Source: an uncultured Verrucomicrobiae bacterium (GTDB taxonomy: Bacteria > Verrucomicrobiota > Verrucomicrobiia > Limisphaerales > UBA11358). From it: a stretch of DNA of 64,000 bases. The stretch is from contig CAWDIX010000003.1 in NCBI GenBank assembly GCA_963802515.1, forward strand, positions 345,018-409,017, written 5' to 3'. The position numbers and the translations under genes were made by a program. This document shows positions 33,969-44,179 of the stretch, one piece after another. Position 1 is the stretch's first letter; every line of letters starts with the position of its first letter. Below the pieces are notes generated by a model. The model worked only from the letters and a program-made list of their open reading frames with translations, ran no database searches and was not told where the DNA came from.

Positions 33969-36962
33969 CTATGGCGGGACCGTTCCGAGTCGGACCCACT
34001 GTGTTTGTGTGCGATACCTGAGGCCGTCAGCGGTCTGAACGAGAGCGTAGAAGGGATGGAGTCCGTCCCATAAATTCGTGCCATTTACCTGAAAGACCGC
34101 CGTGGATGCGTTGGTGGCCATACCCAACGCGCCGCCCGTGCTGAATAATGTAATCAAAGTGACAGTGTTGGTGTTGGCGGCAACCTGGATGTGGTAGGTG
34201 CCTTGCACCGGGGCCTGGTTGGTCAGATCCAACAACGTTAATGTTGCGCTCAAGGAAGTATTTTGTACCACAACGGGCGCTGTCGTCCGGGTTTGAATTC
34301 TTACGTTGCTGCCTTCGTAGGCTACCGCCGTCAACTCGTGGTATCCGTCGGCCAGGCTCGTGGTATCCAATGGGAAGTTTAAGGGCAGCCTGGCCGCGCC
34401 GGCAGTGACATAGAGATGGTTTCGGGGCTCAAGATCGGACAAGTTTTGAGTGAGGGTGCCTTGCGGCGTTGACATCATGACCTGATACACCTTGGGAATC
34501 ACTTGAATTGCGGCAGCCTGGAGGCCGGGACTCCGGGCGCGCAGATTGAAGCTGATCGCTCCGCCAGGGTTCGCGGCATAATCCTCGGCCACAACTCCGT
34601 CGCTGCCCTGCAGGGCGGAATTCGTATTTATCGAGGCATACACCTGGCTGGCGAGCGCAACAGAAGTGCCGCCAGATTGATTGGTGACGGCCACGACCAC
34701 GGTCTGGCCGTTCGTCCTGGTAAAAGTGAACTGAATCCAGGCGCTGGCGGGAGGCGAATTGCTTATTACCGTGTATGACTGTATGCCGAACGCGCCTGAG
34801 GCCAGGAATATGTTTCTGCTGGCCGCCAGAAAAGTTGAAAGCGTGTCGGCACTTCCAATCGAGCTTGTGGTGGCGGTTTGAATTTCGCCCAGCGCGAAAT
34901 TGGTTTCCAGCGCGGTCCATTGCCCTTGGTTGGTGGAAACTCCAACCACATAAGGCCGCAAGGCGCGGTCAACCCGGACCAGGGTAAGGTTCGTTGCCTC
35001 CGCCAGCACCGTGAAGCCCGGCGGCGCAGGAGGCACAAGCCACGCCCGATAAAATCGGCAGGTGGAATTCGTGGCATCGGCGTCAACAAAGTTCATCGCC
35101 CCGCCGGGTTGATTGGTCCAGACGGAAACCCAATCAACGAGATTGGTGGATACCTGGACGGCCCAAGCCAACCCCGGCACGCCATCCACGTGCATCTGGA
35201 ATGCGCCGGAGCCCATAATATTTGGCGCAGACAACCGGGGAAGCTGATCCGGCGCCGGCCAGGTCATGCGGTAAAAGCGCGCCGGATAGTTTATGGAATC
35301 AAAATCGGTAAAATCCAGCAGCCCCGGCAGGGAATTGGTGGAAATTGGCAGCCAATCGAGCAAATTGGTCGAGGCTTGGATTACATATGGCAGGGTGCCT
35401 GGAATCTCCACCTCCATTGTGAAGGCCCCGCTTTTATCCGGGCGACCGGGTATCATCCGTGGCGGAGAAGAATCCGGCAGGTAATTGACGCGGTAAAAAA
35501 GTCCCGGCGTATTCGTGGGGGTGTTATCGGCAACATAGAATGGAACTGTCATGAGATTGGTGGCGATGGATTGCAGCTCGATGCGGTCGCCATGAACCAG
35601 CGCCTTCACCTGGGTAGCGGTGGTGGCAGCCGGAGCGTTGATCAGGGCCGCCAATCCGGATGCGACCGTGCCCAGGGTCGAGCCGGTGGGGACGGTGTAA
35701 GTGATGGGATATCCGTTCAGAGTGACGGTCAATTGATTGCCTGGGCTTGGAGCCAGGTTGGTGAGCGTGCTGAAATACGTGCCATCCACGAACAGGTCCA
35801 CTTGTTGCAGAGGATGATCCCCATCGCGGGCGGAGAATTGCACCGAAAGATTGGAGGTGCCGCTCAACACCGAGTTCGGCAGGTTGGTACTCCATCGCCC
35901 GTAACTGGCCCCGGCAAATGGCGCAGCCAGCGGGTCGGCCACCATCAGCCCAAGATACGGCACGTGGATGCTTTGATAATAGCTTTCGGCCAGGCTGAAG
36001 CCACGAGCCTGGTAAAAGTAAACCTGTGGATTGGGAAACTTCTGCGTATCGTTGTTGGGTTCCGCGACTGTGCCATAACTGCCTGCCGCCCCGGCGTCAA
36101 TGAAGGCCAGCAAGTTGGTCTGATCATTGGGACCGAAAATGATTCCGCCAAAGGAGGTCATGCTGTCTCCGACAGCCCCGGGAACAAAAGTTCCGGGCGC
36201 AAGGCCAAGTTGCGCCAATCCGGTTTCGTATCCCAGAAATCCGGTTTGACCTCCGAGCGAATCAGTGTTGGTGCGTAAAATTGATGAAGCCCCAAGAATA
36301 TTCACGTTAAAAATGGCGTTGTCGAAATACGAGTAACGGATGTTGCGGATCGTGTCTGAGCTCTTTGCCAGCACTACTGGCTGTTGGGGATAAGTCCGGT
36401 CGCTGGCAACACCTTGATCCACCAACTGCTTCGCCTGGGAAAGCGAATCCGCCGTAATCATAGTGGCGAGAAAGGAATAGCCGGGAGCGCCGACTGGTAT
36501 GGCCTGGCGGAAGACCGCTTCGCTGCCGGCGTAACTGTTGGTGACCCCCAATGGATCGCTGCCATTCCCCATCCTTGAACCGTAGAACAAGGCCGAAGTC
36601 GTACCGTTGACCGTAGAGCCAAAACTGGTCTGAAACGGAATATCCATCGAGAGGACGACGTAATCAATTTGGTTCGTCAACTGGCGGGCCGCCAGCATGT
36701 CCATCAAAGGTGTCACCAGGTTGGTTTGAAAATCATTGCTGGTCCACAATGTATTGCCGCCGGACCAATAGATGCGCAGTACGTTCTCGGGCGGCACCTG
36801 GCGTTGCTCGCAGAAGTAATTCCCCAACTCACACGAGTTCGAGCTGGCCTGGTTGACGACGACAACGGTATTCAGGCCGCTGCCGCCCGCCTGCAATTTA
36901 AATACCAAGGCACAGTTCAACAGCAGCAACCCCACCGTTCGTCGGTAAAAACTACCGTCCAT
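33969..36962 (-). CDS. large secreted protein, TIGR03790-like N-terminal region plus beta-rich modules including two FYR modules
   Basis: Signal peptide. VVVVNQASSNSCELGNYFCEQRQVPPENV resembles the TIGR03790 N-terminus. Internal ARFYRMTW and CRFYRAWL modules. Confidence 0.6.
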   Translation of the reverse strand: MDGSFYRRTVGLLLLNCALVFKLQAGGSGLNTVVVVNQASSNSCELGNYFCEQRQVPPENVLRIYWSGGNTLWTSNDFQTNLVTPLMDMLAARQLTNQIDYVVLSMDIPFQTSFGSTVNGTTSALFYGSRMGNGSDPLGVTNSYAGSEAVFRQAIPVGAPGYSFLATMITADSLSQAKQLVDQGVASDRTYPQQPVVLAKSSDTIRNIRYSYFDNAIFNVNILGASSILRTNTDSLGGQTGFLGYETGLAQLGLAPGTFVPGAVGDSMTSFGGIIFGPNDQTNLLAFIDAGAAGSYGTVAEPNNDTQKFPNPQVYFYQARGFSLAESYYQSIHVPYLGLMVADPLAAPFAGASYGRWSTNLPNSVLSGTSNLSVQFSARDGDHPLQQVDLFVDGTYFSTLTNLAPSPGNQLTVTLNGYPITYTVPTGSTLGTVASGLAALINAPAATTATQVKALVHGDRIELQSIATNLMTVPFYVADNTPTNTPGLFYRVNYLPDSSPPRMIPGRPDKSGAFTMEVEIPGTLPYVIQASTNLLDWLPISTNSLPGLLDFTDFDSINYPARFYRMTWPAPDQLPRLSAPNIMGSGAFQMHVDGVPGLAWAVQVSTNLVDWVSVWTNQPGGAMNFVDADATNSTCRFYRAWLVPPAPPGFTVLAEATNLTLVRVDRALRPYVVGVSTNQGQWTALETNFALGEIQTATTSSIGSADTLSTFLAASRNIFLASGAFGIQSYTVISNSPPASAWIQFTFTRTNGQTVVVAVTNQSGGTSVALASQVYASINTNSALQGSDGVVAEDYAANPGGAISFNLRARSPGLQAAAIQVIPKVYQVMMSTPQGTLTQNLSDLEPRNHLYVTAGAARLPLNFPLDTTSLADGYHELTAVAYEGSNVRIQTRTTAPVVVQNTSLSATLTLLDLTNQAPVQGTYHIQVAANTNTVTLITLFSTGGALGMATNASTAVFQVNGTNLWDGLHPFYALVQTADGLRYRTQTQWVRLGTVPP

Positions 36963-37107
36963 ACGCGCAAGCGGTCTCTACGGACAGGACAGGCTGGTTG
37001 CTGGATAACGGGGTTTTCATAACAGACCATTCACGATGCCTGTATAGCAAAAAGCCGGTCATTGACCGGCCTCGCATTTGCCGTTGGCAACCAGCAAAAT
37101 TCCGCCC

Positions 37108-37968
37108 TCAAGCTGACTGCCGGCGGCGTACCAATCCCCATGCGCCAATGCCCAGCGCGATCAGCGCCATCGTTGACGGCTCGGGAACGACCTGAATAAA
37201 CAAGCTTTTATCCTTGGTCAGATCAAACATTCCGCCATTGGCAATCGTCGTGTCCCATTCCAACGCCCACGTCACATCTCCCGGCCCGGCCGTCGAATGG
37301 TCGTTCAGCGTCAGCGGAGAAGCGGCGTTTAATTCAGACAGCGTCGCGCCTGCGTACGCGGCTTCACCGTGGTTGGCGCTCGGTGCGACAATCGCCTCAC
37401 CAATGCCCGAGGCCCCGGCCGTTTGCTGCACAAAATTCCAGCTCCCGGGATTGCCGAACAGTTGAACGGTATCGCTGCTCCCATCCCCCAGCAGGTTGAA
37501 ATCGGAGTATTGGTAGAAATGGAAGTCCATACTTCCGCCCGAATTGTTCATGGCCGAAATGGACTCTGTGATATCAGCGTTTCCGGACCCGACGCCGCCG
37601 CCCGACAGGAGGTAATCAATCGTCAGAGTCAATTGAGCATTTTGATACGTGGCGGTTACTTCATTGCCGCTCACCGCTTCATTGTAATTGAGCAAGCCAA
37701 TGGAATTAATAGGTTGAGGCGCGGCGGACCCGATCGCATACCAAAACCATTGTTGGTTCAACTGATTCTGTCCGCTTACACTCCAGTTGTACATGCCGGC
37801 ACTGCTGCCAAGGTCCACTATTGCCGAGGAGCCCCCGTCGTTCAGCGTTACTGTGGTTGACGCATCAGCCATGGCTCTGCCCGGCAAGAGCAGAACACTT
37901 GACAAGACCAGTGCTCCACACAGTGAGACGCCTTTGCCGACGAAAACAAATTCGTGCTTACAATTCAT
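37108..37968 (-). CDS. PEP-CTERM sorting-domain protein
   Basis: C-terminus VPEPSTMALIALGIGAWGLVRRRQSA. Paralogous to the next gene. Confidence 0.85.
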   Translation of the reverse strand: MNCKHEFVFVGKGVSLCGALVLSSVLLLPGRAMADASTTVTLNDGGSSAIVDLGSSAGMYNWSVSGQNQLNQQWFWYAIGSAAPQPINSIGLLNYNEAVSGNEVTATYQNAQLTLTIDYLLSGGGVGSGNADITESISAMNNSGGSMDFHFYQYSDFNLLGDGSSDTVQLFGNPGSWNFVQQTAGASGIGEAIVAPSANHGEAAYAGATLSELNAASPLTLNDHSTAGPGDVTWALEWDTTIANGGMFDLTKDKSLFIQVVPEPSTMALIALGIGAWGLVRRRQSA

Positions 37969-38101
37969 AATAACCTCTGATTGTTGTCCGGCGCTTTAAT
38001 TTCACGGAATACGGAATTCTTTTACCGCAACAGGGGTCTAAAGTCAAGCATTTTCAACAGAAAATTCCCCGCTCGCAAACCCCTTCAAATATGTGCAAAA
38101 A

Positions 38102-38941
38102 CTACGCTCCCCGACGGCCGCGGCGCAACAAGGCCAGGGCAAGCATTCCTGACGAAATCAACGCCATGGACGAAGGCTCAGGGACGCTCATTAATTTACT
38201 GATCAGCAGGGAAGAGCCGGGTGCCAACGTGGCGTCCCATTCATAGGCGTAAGCAACATCACCCGACCCTGAACTGAGGTTGTTGTTAAGTGTGGTTGCA
38301 ACTCCGTCGGTAAGCGCGTTGAGTATCACGGGGTAAAGCCCCGCCTGCACTTCCATGGAAGTCGCCGAGGGAGCTATGGCCGTTTCAACCATGGACCCTG
38401 TCCCGCCTGTCTGAATGACTTCGTAATACGTGCTCGAACCGTTATTATAAAACTGAACACTTTGCCCGCCCGTGGTGCCTCCCAAATCAAAATCCGAGTA
38501 CTGGAAGAAATGATAATCCTGGCTGATCGCCGAGGTGTTCATTACCGTGATCAGTTCGCTCAGAGTGGCCGTGCCGTTCCCGGGCGCCGCAAGGGAGTAC
38601 GCGGTTTTCACGCTTATCGTCGAGTTTGCATAGGTGAGTGTCGCCTTGTTGGCACCCGACGATGTTTCGGATACCGGGGAAATGGTGTCAATTGAGGATT
38701 CCGGGCCGGAACTGCCAACGCGGTACCAAAACCATTGCTGGAACAACTGATTCACGCCACCCACGGACCAATTATAAACTCCCGCCTGGCTGCCAGCATC
38801 AACCAGTGCTATGGAATCGTTCTGAGAAACCGTGTAGATTTGCGCCTCGCTCTGAAAGGCGAGGCCACCCACTAAAACGACAAACAGCGCGCCCTCAAAC
38901 CACCGCGCGCTGCTCACGAAAGACTTCTTCAAAATCCTCAT
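38102..38941 (-). CDS. PEP-CTERM sorting-domain protein (paralog)
   Basis: C-terminus VPEPSSMALISSGMLALALLRRGRRGA. Shares YNWSV.G.NQL.QQWFWY and HF.QYSDF.L with 37108-37968. Confidence 0.85.
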   Translation of the reverse strand: MRILKKSFVSSARWFEGALFVVLVGGLAFQSEAQIYTVSQNDSIALVDAGSQAGVYNWSVGGVNQLFQQWFWYRVGSSGPESSIDTISPVSETSSGANKATLTYANSTISVKTAYSLAAPGNGTATLSELITVMNTSAISQDYHFFQYSDFDLGGTTGGQSVQFYNNGSSTYYEVIQTGGTGSMVETAIAPSATSMEVQAGLYPVILNALTDGVATTLNNNLSSGSGDVAYAYEWDATLAPGSSLLISKLMSVPEPSSMALISSGMLALALLRRGRRGA

Positions 38942-39302
38942 AGCGTTGCTTGGCTCTGAACTTTAATACGAAGACTTTATGAGCCAATCTGCGGAAAAAG
39001 TCAAGAGAATTTATTGGAAAAGAAGACCTGGCCGCGTCGCTTGCCTTTAAGCACACAAACAAGTTGATTTCATTAACTTTGTGATAGCGCTCGTGTCTTG
39101 AGCAGTGGGCCCGGACCCGACTGATCCAGACACTTTAAACGGTCTGGGCTGGGTGAAAGCAGCCGCTGAAGCGGTTCCGGGCGCCTCCTGCCGGCGCAAC
39201 GATTTATGAAAACTGAGGATTGACTCGATCGTTTCTGCTGCGGGATTTGTTCCAGCCGCAGCACGGCTCAAACGCGTGCGACGGCCGGCGGTTACACGAC
39301 AT

Positions 39303-40701
39303 TTACTTGCCGATGCAAAACCGGCTGAATATCGAATCAAGCAGGTCTTCTGTGGCCGTCTTGCCGACAATTTCGCCGACGGCGTTGACCGCAATGCGCA
39401 AATCCATCGCCACGAGTTCAAGCGTTGCATCCGCCCGTAACGCGTCAATCGTTCGTTGAGCCGCCGCGCGGCGCGGTTCAACGCGTCCTGATGACGCGAG
39501 TTGATCATCACCTGCAACATCTCGGCCTTGATTTCACCCGCCCACACCAGTTCCTTGATGGCGTCTTTCAGCCGCTCAATCCCCTGCCCGCTCAGGCAAG
39601 AGATGTCAACGGCTGGAGTCGTGACGCGCGACCCGTGAGACGCGACAGAAGGTTCCGGCGGCAATTTCAGTTTCAGCGGCAAATCAATCTTGTTCCGAAC
39701 CAGAATCCGCTTTTTGGCCGCGAACTCGGTAAAAAAAATTTCGTCCTCGCTTGCCAGCGGTTCGCTCGCGTCGAGCACGTGCAGGATGAATTCAGCCCGG
39801 GCCAGCGACTCGCGGCTGCGGCGGATGCCTTCCTGCTCGATCTCGTCGCGCGCCTCGCGCAATCCCGCCGTGTCAATGAATACCACCGGCAGCCCGCGGA
39901 TGTTCGCTGTCTCCTCAATCGTGTCGCGCGTTGTGCCCGGAATCGGCGACACGATGGCGCGATCGCGGCCGAGGAGTTGGTTCAGCAGGCTGGATTTCCC
40001 GACGTTGGGCCGGCCCACAATCGCCGCACGGATGCCGCGGCGCAAAATCTGTCCTTCGTTCGCCGTGCGCAGCAGTTCGTCCATGAACTTTACGCCGTTT
40101 TCCAGGCGCTCCGAGCAATTGTTCCTTCGTGTCCGGCGCAATGTCTTCGTCGGGAAAATCAATGTGCGCCTCGACGTGCGCGAGCATGTGCATCAAATCA
40201 TCGCGGAGCCGGTTGATGCGCTGCGAAAGTTTTCCGGCAAGCTGTTCGTTGGCGGCGGCCAGCGCCAGTTCCGTGCGCGAATGGATCAAATCAGCGACCG
40301 CTTCGGCCTGGGCGAGGTCAAGGCGTCCGTTGAGAAACGCGCGGCGCGTGAATTCGCCGGGTTCGGCCGCCGCGCGCCGTTTTCCAGCAGCGTGTCGAGG
40401 ACGAGTTTGGCCGGCAGGATGCCGCCGTGACAGGTGATTTCCACCGTGTCCTCGCGCGTGAACGTGCGCGGCGCGCGCAGCACCGCCAGCAAGCACTTCG
40501 TCCACGGCTTTGTCTCCGCGAACGATTTTGCCGTAATGAATCGTGTGCGACGATGCCGCGGAGGGATTCAGCGAATTTTTGCCGAGCGGGCAGAAAACAT
40601 TTGTCGGCGACGGCGAGCGCCTGCGGACCGGAAAGCCGGATGACGGCCAGTCCGCCCTCACCGAGCGGCGTGGCAATGGCGGCGATGGTGTCGTCAATCA
40701 T
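39303..40701 (-). pseudogene. mnmE: tRNA modification GTPase MnmE, interrupted by five frame changes
   Basis: [85 protein letters not shown] and the terminal FSRFCIGK* lie in alternating frames. Length 1399 nt is not a multiple of 3. Confidence 0.85.
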
Positions 40702-40750
40702 GCGGAAACGTTACCGGTTGATGGTCGAGGGTTGCAAGCGGGCGTATTCG

Positions 40751-40802
40751 GGTTGGAGTTCAGCCTTCAGGCTGTCTGCCATGCTAAAGCGTGATCCACA
40801 AC
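40751..40802. repeat. ggagttca...gctgaagc hairpin-family element (intergenic copy)
   Basis: ggttggagttcagccttcaggctgtc...gctaaagcgtgatccacaac parallels 45454-45508 and 46369-46432. Confidence 0.6.
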
Positions 40803-41059
40803 TAAACGTGCCGGCATTTTCCGGCCTGGTTCTCCGCATCGCGCCCCTGCAGGAACAGCCGCGCTTTCTCGTAACTTTTCTTGTGCAGGTAATGGAGCAG
40901 CGCGGGATCCGTGCCGGCCGGCAGTTGTTTCGCCAGTTCATCAATGCGCGCGAACAGTGCCGGCAGGTCCGGTTTGGGATGGGCGGTGCGCAGCGATTGA
41001 CCTGCCTGTTCCAGTTCCGCCAGGGCGTTCAGCAAGGTTTGTTCGATGGCCGTGATCAT
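40802..41059 (-). CDS. small hypothetical protein
   Basis: 85-aa helical-looking ORF (LLHYLHKKSYEKARLFL). I do not recognise a family. Confidence 0.45.
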   Translation of the reverse strand: MITAIEQTLLNALAELEQAGQSLRTAHPKPDLPALFARIDELAKQLPAGTDPALLHYLHKKSYEKARLFLQGRDAENQAGKCRHV

Positions 41060-41072
41060 TCAATATCCCCTT

Positions 41073-41708
41073 TCAAATATGCAGCCGCGCCAGCAGACGC
41101 AAAATTCCCGCTCCCAAATAGGAATGGGTGAAATCAACCTGGCCCCGCAAACACAACGCGGTGAGCGTGCGCACCAGACCCGTGGTCGCAAATAATATCA
41201 TCGAACTGATCACGTACAATTCGAAGGCATGGCTCGGGTCCGGTTTCATAACGCGCGGCAAACCCTGGTAAAAAATCCACAGCGAAAGCGCGATGCCAAC
41301 GCCCCACGGCGCCCAGGGATTCATCGTGGGAAACACGTCCAGCAGCCGGAGAAAAAAGATCGGACTTAACGCGTACGCCACCACCGTGAACCCCTGCGTG
41401 TAGGTGTGACGGTCATGAAACGTCTCGCCCAATATTTTGACGAGGTGGGCGCACACAAAAACCACCGCCAGCGTCAGCAGCAATTGCGCGGCTTCATAGA
41501 GAATCGTCTCTTCCAGTGTGAATTCTTTGATCACCCCGACACCCGCCTGCCATTTGCCCCAATACACCAGTCCCGCGCCTTCCACCGCGGACACCACCAG
41601 CAGCAACGGGAGCAAATATCCCGCGAGAGTAAAACCCACCCCGCGCCGCGCCTGGGCCAGGCGGTCCCACGCGGTCGGATCAAAAAACAGGAACAATGCC
41701 TTGATCAT
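41073..41708 (-). CDS. Yip1-family membrane protein
   Basis: Five hydrophobic segments. N-terminus MIKALFLFFDPTAWDRL. ATG at 41708; the longest ORF reaches 41783. Confidence 0.7.
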   Translation of the reverse strand: MIKALFLFFDPTAWDRLAQARRGVGFTLAGYLLPLLLVVSAVEGAGLVYWGKWQAGVGVIKEFTLEETILYEAAQLLLTLAVVFVCAHLVKILGETFHDRHTYTQGFTVVAYALSPIFFLRLLDVFPTMNPWAPWGVGIALSLWIFYQGLPRVMKPDPSHAFELYVISSMILFATTGLVRTLTALCLRGQVDFTHSYLGAGILRLLARLHI

Positions 41709-41811
41709 GCCCCGGAATTGATAGCGCCACCGAAACCCGTTCACAACTAAATCCGCATCCCGCAGAAAGGACGCCGATTGCATTCAGACTGCGGCGGCGT
41801 AAATTAACCGC

Positions 41812-42159
41812 GTGAAAGCTGTGCTTCCAGTCGTAATCGGCCTGCTTTTGCTGGCGGGTTGCGTCACACCCAAAATTGACTGGGCGGCGCGCGTGGGTAA
41901 TTACACCTACGACCAGGCGGTGATGGAATTCGGCCCGCCGGACAAGTATGCGAAACTGTCCGACGGCTCGGCCGTCGCCGAATGGCTCACCCGGCGGAGC
42001 CAGGTCATTGTGGCGCCCGGCCCTTACCTGGCGCCGCCCGGCTGCTATTTCGGCCCGGCGATGCCGATGTATTCCGAAACGTACCTGCCCGCGCGCTGGT
42101 TGCGCCTTGCCTTCGACGCCAACGGCAAACTGAAAACTTGGAAGGAACTTGTCAGATAA
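41812..42159 (+). CDS. lipoprotein, hypothetical
   Basis: Lipobox LLLAGC at residues 12-17. Confidence 0.65.
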   Translation: MKAVLPVVIGLLLLAGCVTPKIDWAARVGNYTYDQAVMEFGPPDKYAKLSDGSAVAEWLTRRSQVIVAPGPYLAPPGCYFGPAMPMYSETYLPARWLRLAFDANGKLKTWKELVR

Positions 42160-42201
42160 ATCCGCTTTCGCCCCGCCGCCGCCCGTGCTTAACTCGCGGC
42201 C

Positions 42202-42522
42202 ATGAACGTTGACCTCGGCATCTGGAGCAAGCTGACCAAAATGGTCGCCTGGTTGCTGCTCCTGGCCGGGCTGCTGCTCGTCGGCGTCTGGTATTTGCCG
42301 CTCATCCAGCAGAACGAACGGATGCAGCGCGAAAATCTGCGGCTGGAAAAGGAACTGGACCAGGAAAAGGAAAAATCCAGGGAACTCCAGGCGGACATTG
42401 ACGCGCTCCGTAACGATCCCAAAACCGTCGAGCGTCTCACCCGCGAAAAACTCGGCTACGCCCGCCCCGGCGAAACCGTGGTGCGCTTTGAATCGCCCGC
42501 GACCAATGCGCTGGCGCGGTAG
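42202..42522 (+). CDS. ftsB: septum formation initiator (FtsB/DivIC family)
   Basis: TM segment followed by a coiled coil (QQNERMQRENLRLEKELDQEKEK) and ERLTREKLGYARPGETVV. Confidence 0.8.
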   Translation: MNVDLGIWSKLTKMVAWLLLLAGLLLVGVWYLPLIQQNERMQRENLRLEKELDQEKEKSRELQADIDALRNDPKTVERLTREKLGYARPGETVVRFESPATNALAR

Positions 42523-42530
42523 GTTCCCCA

Positions 42531-43052
42531 TTACGGCTGATTCTCATAGGAATACTGCCAAAGAGCACGATCAAACATACGCGGTGTGGTTATGGCGTGC
42601 CCTAAAAGCTCTTGAGCCTCCTGAAGAATGGCACGCCAATGTCCGATGTAGCCCTGCCAAAACGGGAAGTCATAAGTGTGCGCCTGCATCTGAAGCGACC
42701 ATAAAGCGCGAAAGTCAACAATCGGATAAGGAGCTTGATGAAACCAGTGAAGAATCGTCGAAGCCGTGGGCCATCCCACACCATCGAGCATACAGAGCGG
42801 CTCAATCCGAGAACGCTCATCGTGTGCAGCGAGGGCAAAGCGAGTAACCTCCTGAACAAATAAGTCGGAATTGTCGTGAGCGCGAGCAGCTTGTCGTGGT
42901 GACTTCCACCTACAAACTGTAAAAAGCTGTTCCCGGTTCAAAAAGCCCTGCCGCTGAACGACTGGAACTAATGCTATGAGTTCAGGCTCTCGCTCGTAAT
43001 GATAGCGAGCGGCAATTTCTGGAATTGTTTGAGGTGGAAAACGGAGCGGCAT
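42531..43052 (-). CDS. hypothetical protein, AT-richer than its neighbours, HhH-glycosylase-like motif
   Basis: 173-aa ORF. LDGVGWPTASTILHWFHQAPYPIVDFRA is reminiscent of helix-hairpin-helix base-excision enzymes. This assignment is low confidence. Confidence 0.5.
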   Translation of the reverse strand: MPLRFPPQTIPEIAARYHYEREPELIALVPVVQRQGFLNREQLFTVCRWKSPRQAARAHDNSDLFVQEVTRFALAAHDERSRIEPLCMLDGVGWPTASTILHWFHQAPYPIVDFRALWSLQMQAHTYDFPFWQGYIGHWRAILQEAQELLGHAITTPRMFDRALWQYSYENQP

Positions 43053-43210
43053 AGTCGGAAGCCAACGCCAAGATCAGGCACAACCACTGACGCTGGGCCA
43101 GCAATGCAACAATAGTGAAATCATTGTCCAGCATAATGGGTCACGGTGCATTGGCTGGTTGCAAGGTTTGTGGAATGGTATTTTCGCAGATTTCTGTGAT
43201 GGACAGATGG

Positions 43211-44179
43211 TCAAATCCGTTTCCGCAATGGGGTGCGATACTGGCGCAGTGTGACGGTAGCACTTCGGCGATGGCGGAGGACGAGGAGTATGGTGGCACC
43301 GACCGCGAGCAACCCCAAAAACGAGGGTTCAGGCACGGGTTGGAAAGCCAGTCCTTCAGGACTACCCAACTCGGATGCAAAGGTGCTTTGTGGTCCACCC
43401 GGTGTGATTTCGGTGATGTTGCCACCGTATGTAGCCGACACGAACAGGTCGCCCGCACTGTCAAATGCCAGTCCAGAAGTACCACCGAACCCGGAGGCAA
43501 AAATGCTTGGCGTTCCGCTTGGCGTGATTTTGGTGATGCTGCCGCTTTGCCAATTCGCCACAAACACGTTACCCGCGCTGTCGAAAGCCAGTCCCTGAGG
43601 ATCACTCAAACCTGAAGCAAAGGTGCTTTGCACTCCGCCCGGCGTAATTTTGATGACGCTACCGTTATTCGCAAATTGATCGCCCGCAATTACCACAAAC
43701 AAATCACCCGAGCTATTAAATGCCAAGCCACCAAGATTACCTAACCCGGAGGAAAACGTGCTTTGCAACCCTCCTGGCGTGTATTCATAGATGTTGCCGC
43801 TGCCGTAATCCGACTCGAACAGATTACCCGCGCTGTTAAAGGCCAGTCCATCAGGAATATTCAGCCCGGAGGCGAAGGTACTTTGAGTTCCACCCGGTGT
43901 GATTTCGATGATGCTACCAATACCCGGACCCGGATTATCTATATTACCCCAAGTCGACACAAACAGGTTGCCCGCGCTGTCAAAAGCCAGACCCCAAGGA
44001 CTAACCAACCCGGATGCGAAAGTGCTTTGCGCTCCACCCGACGAGTATTCATAAATATTGCCGCCATAGCGATCCGCCTCAAACAGATTTTGCGCCTGCG
44101 CGCTGGAAGCCATCAGCAAGACCACTCCGGCAAATAAATGACACGCAGCACGAGTGGTGGATTTGAATTTTATTTTCAT
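43211..44179 (-). CDS. NHL/SMP-30-like beta-propeller protein with PEP-CTERM anchor
   Basis: Signal peptide. Seven repeats of about 40 aa (G.I.E.TPGG.QSTFASGL..P.GLAFDSAGNLFV). VPEPSFLGLLAVGATILLVLRHRR lies near the C-terminus. Confidence 0.8.
   Translation of the reverse strand: MKIKFKSTTRAACHLFAGVVLLMASSAQAQNLFEADRYGGNIYEYSSGGAQSTFASGLVSPWGLAFDSAGNLFVSTWGNIDNPGPGIGSIIEITPGGTQSTFASGLNIPDGLAFNSAGNLFESDYGSGNIYEYTPGGLQSTFSSGLGNLGGLAFNSSGDLFVVIAGDQFANNGSVIKITPGGVQSTFASGLSDPQGLAFDSAGNVFVANWQSGSITKITPSGTPSIFASGFGGTSGLAFDSAGDLFVSATYGGNITEITPGGPQSTFASELGSPEGLAFQPVPEPSFLGLLAVGATILLVLRHRRSATVTLRQYRTPLRKRI

Noticed and set aside
39047-39302. 3' extension of the 371-aa ORF 39047-40162 as real coding sequence.
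   Set aside because: The genuine MnmE terminus ([11 protein letters not shown]) lies in another frame and ends at 39303. The extension is read-through caused by the last frame change.
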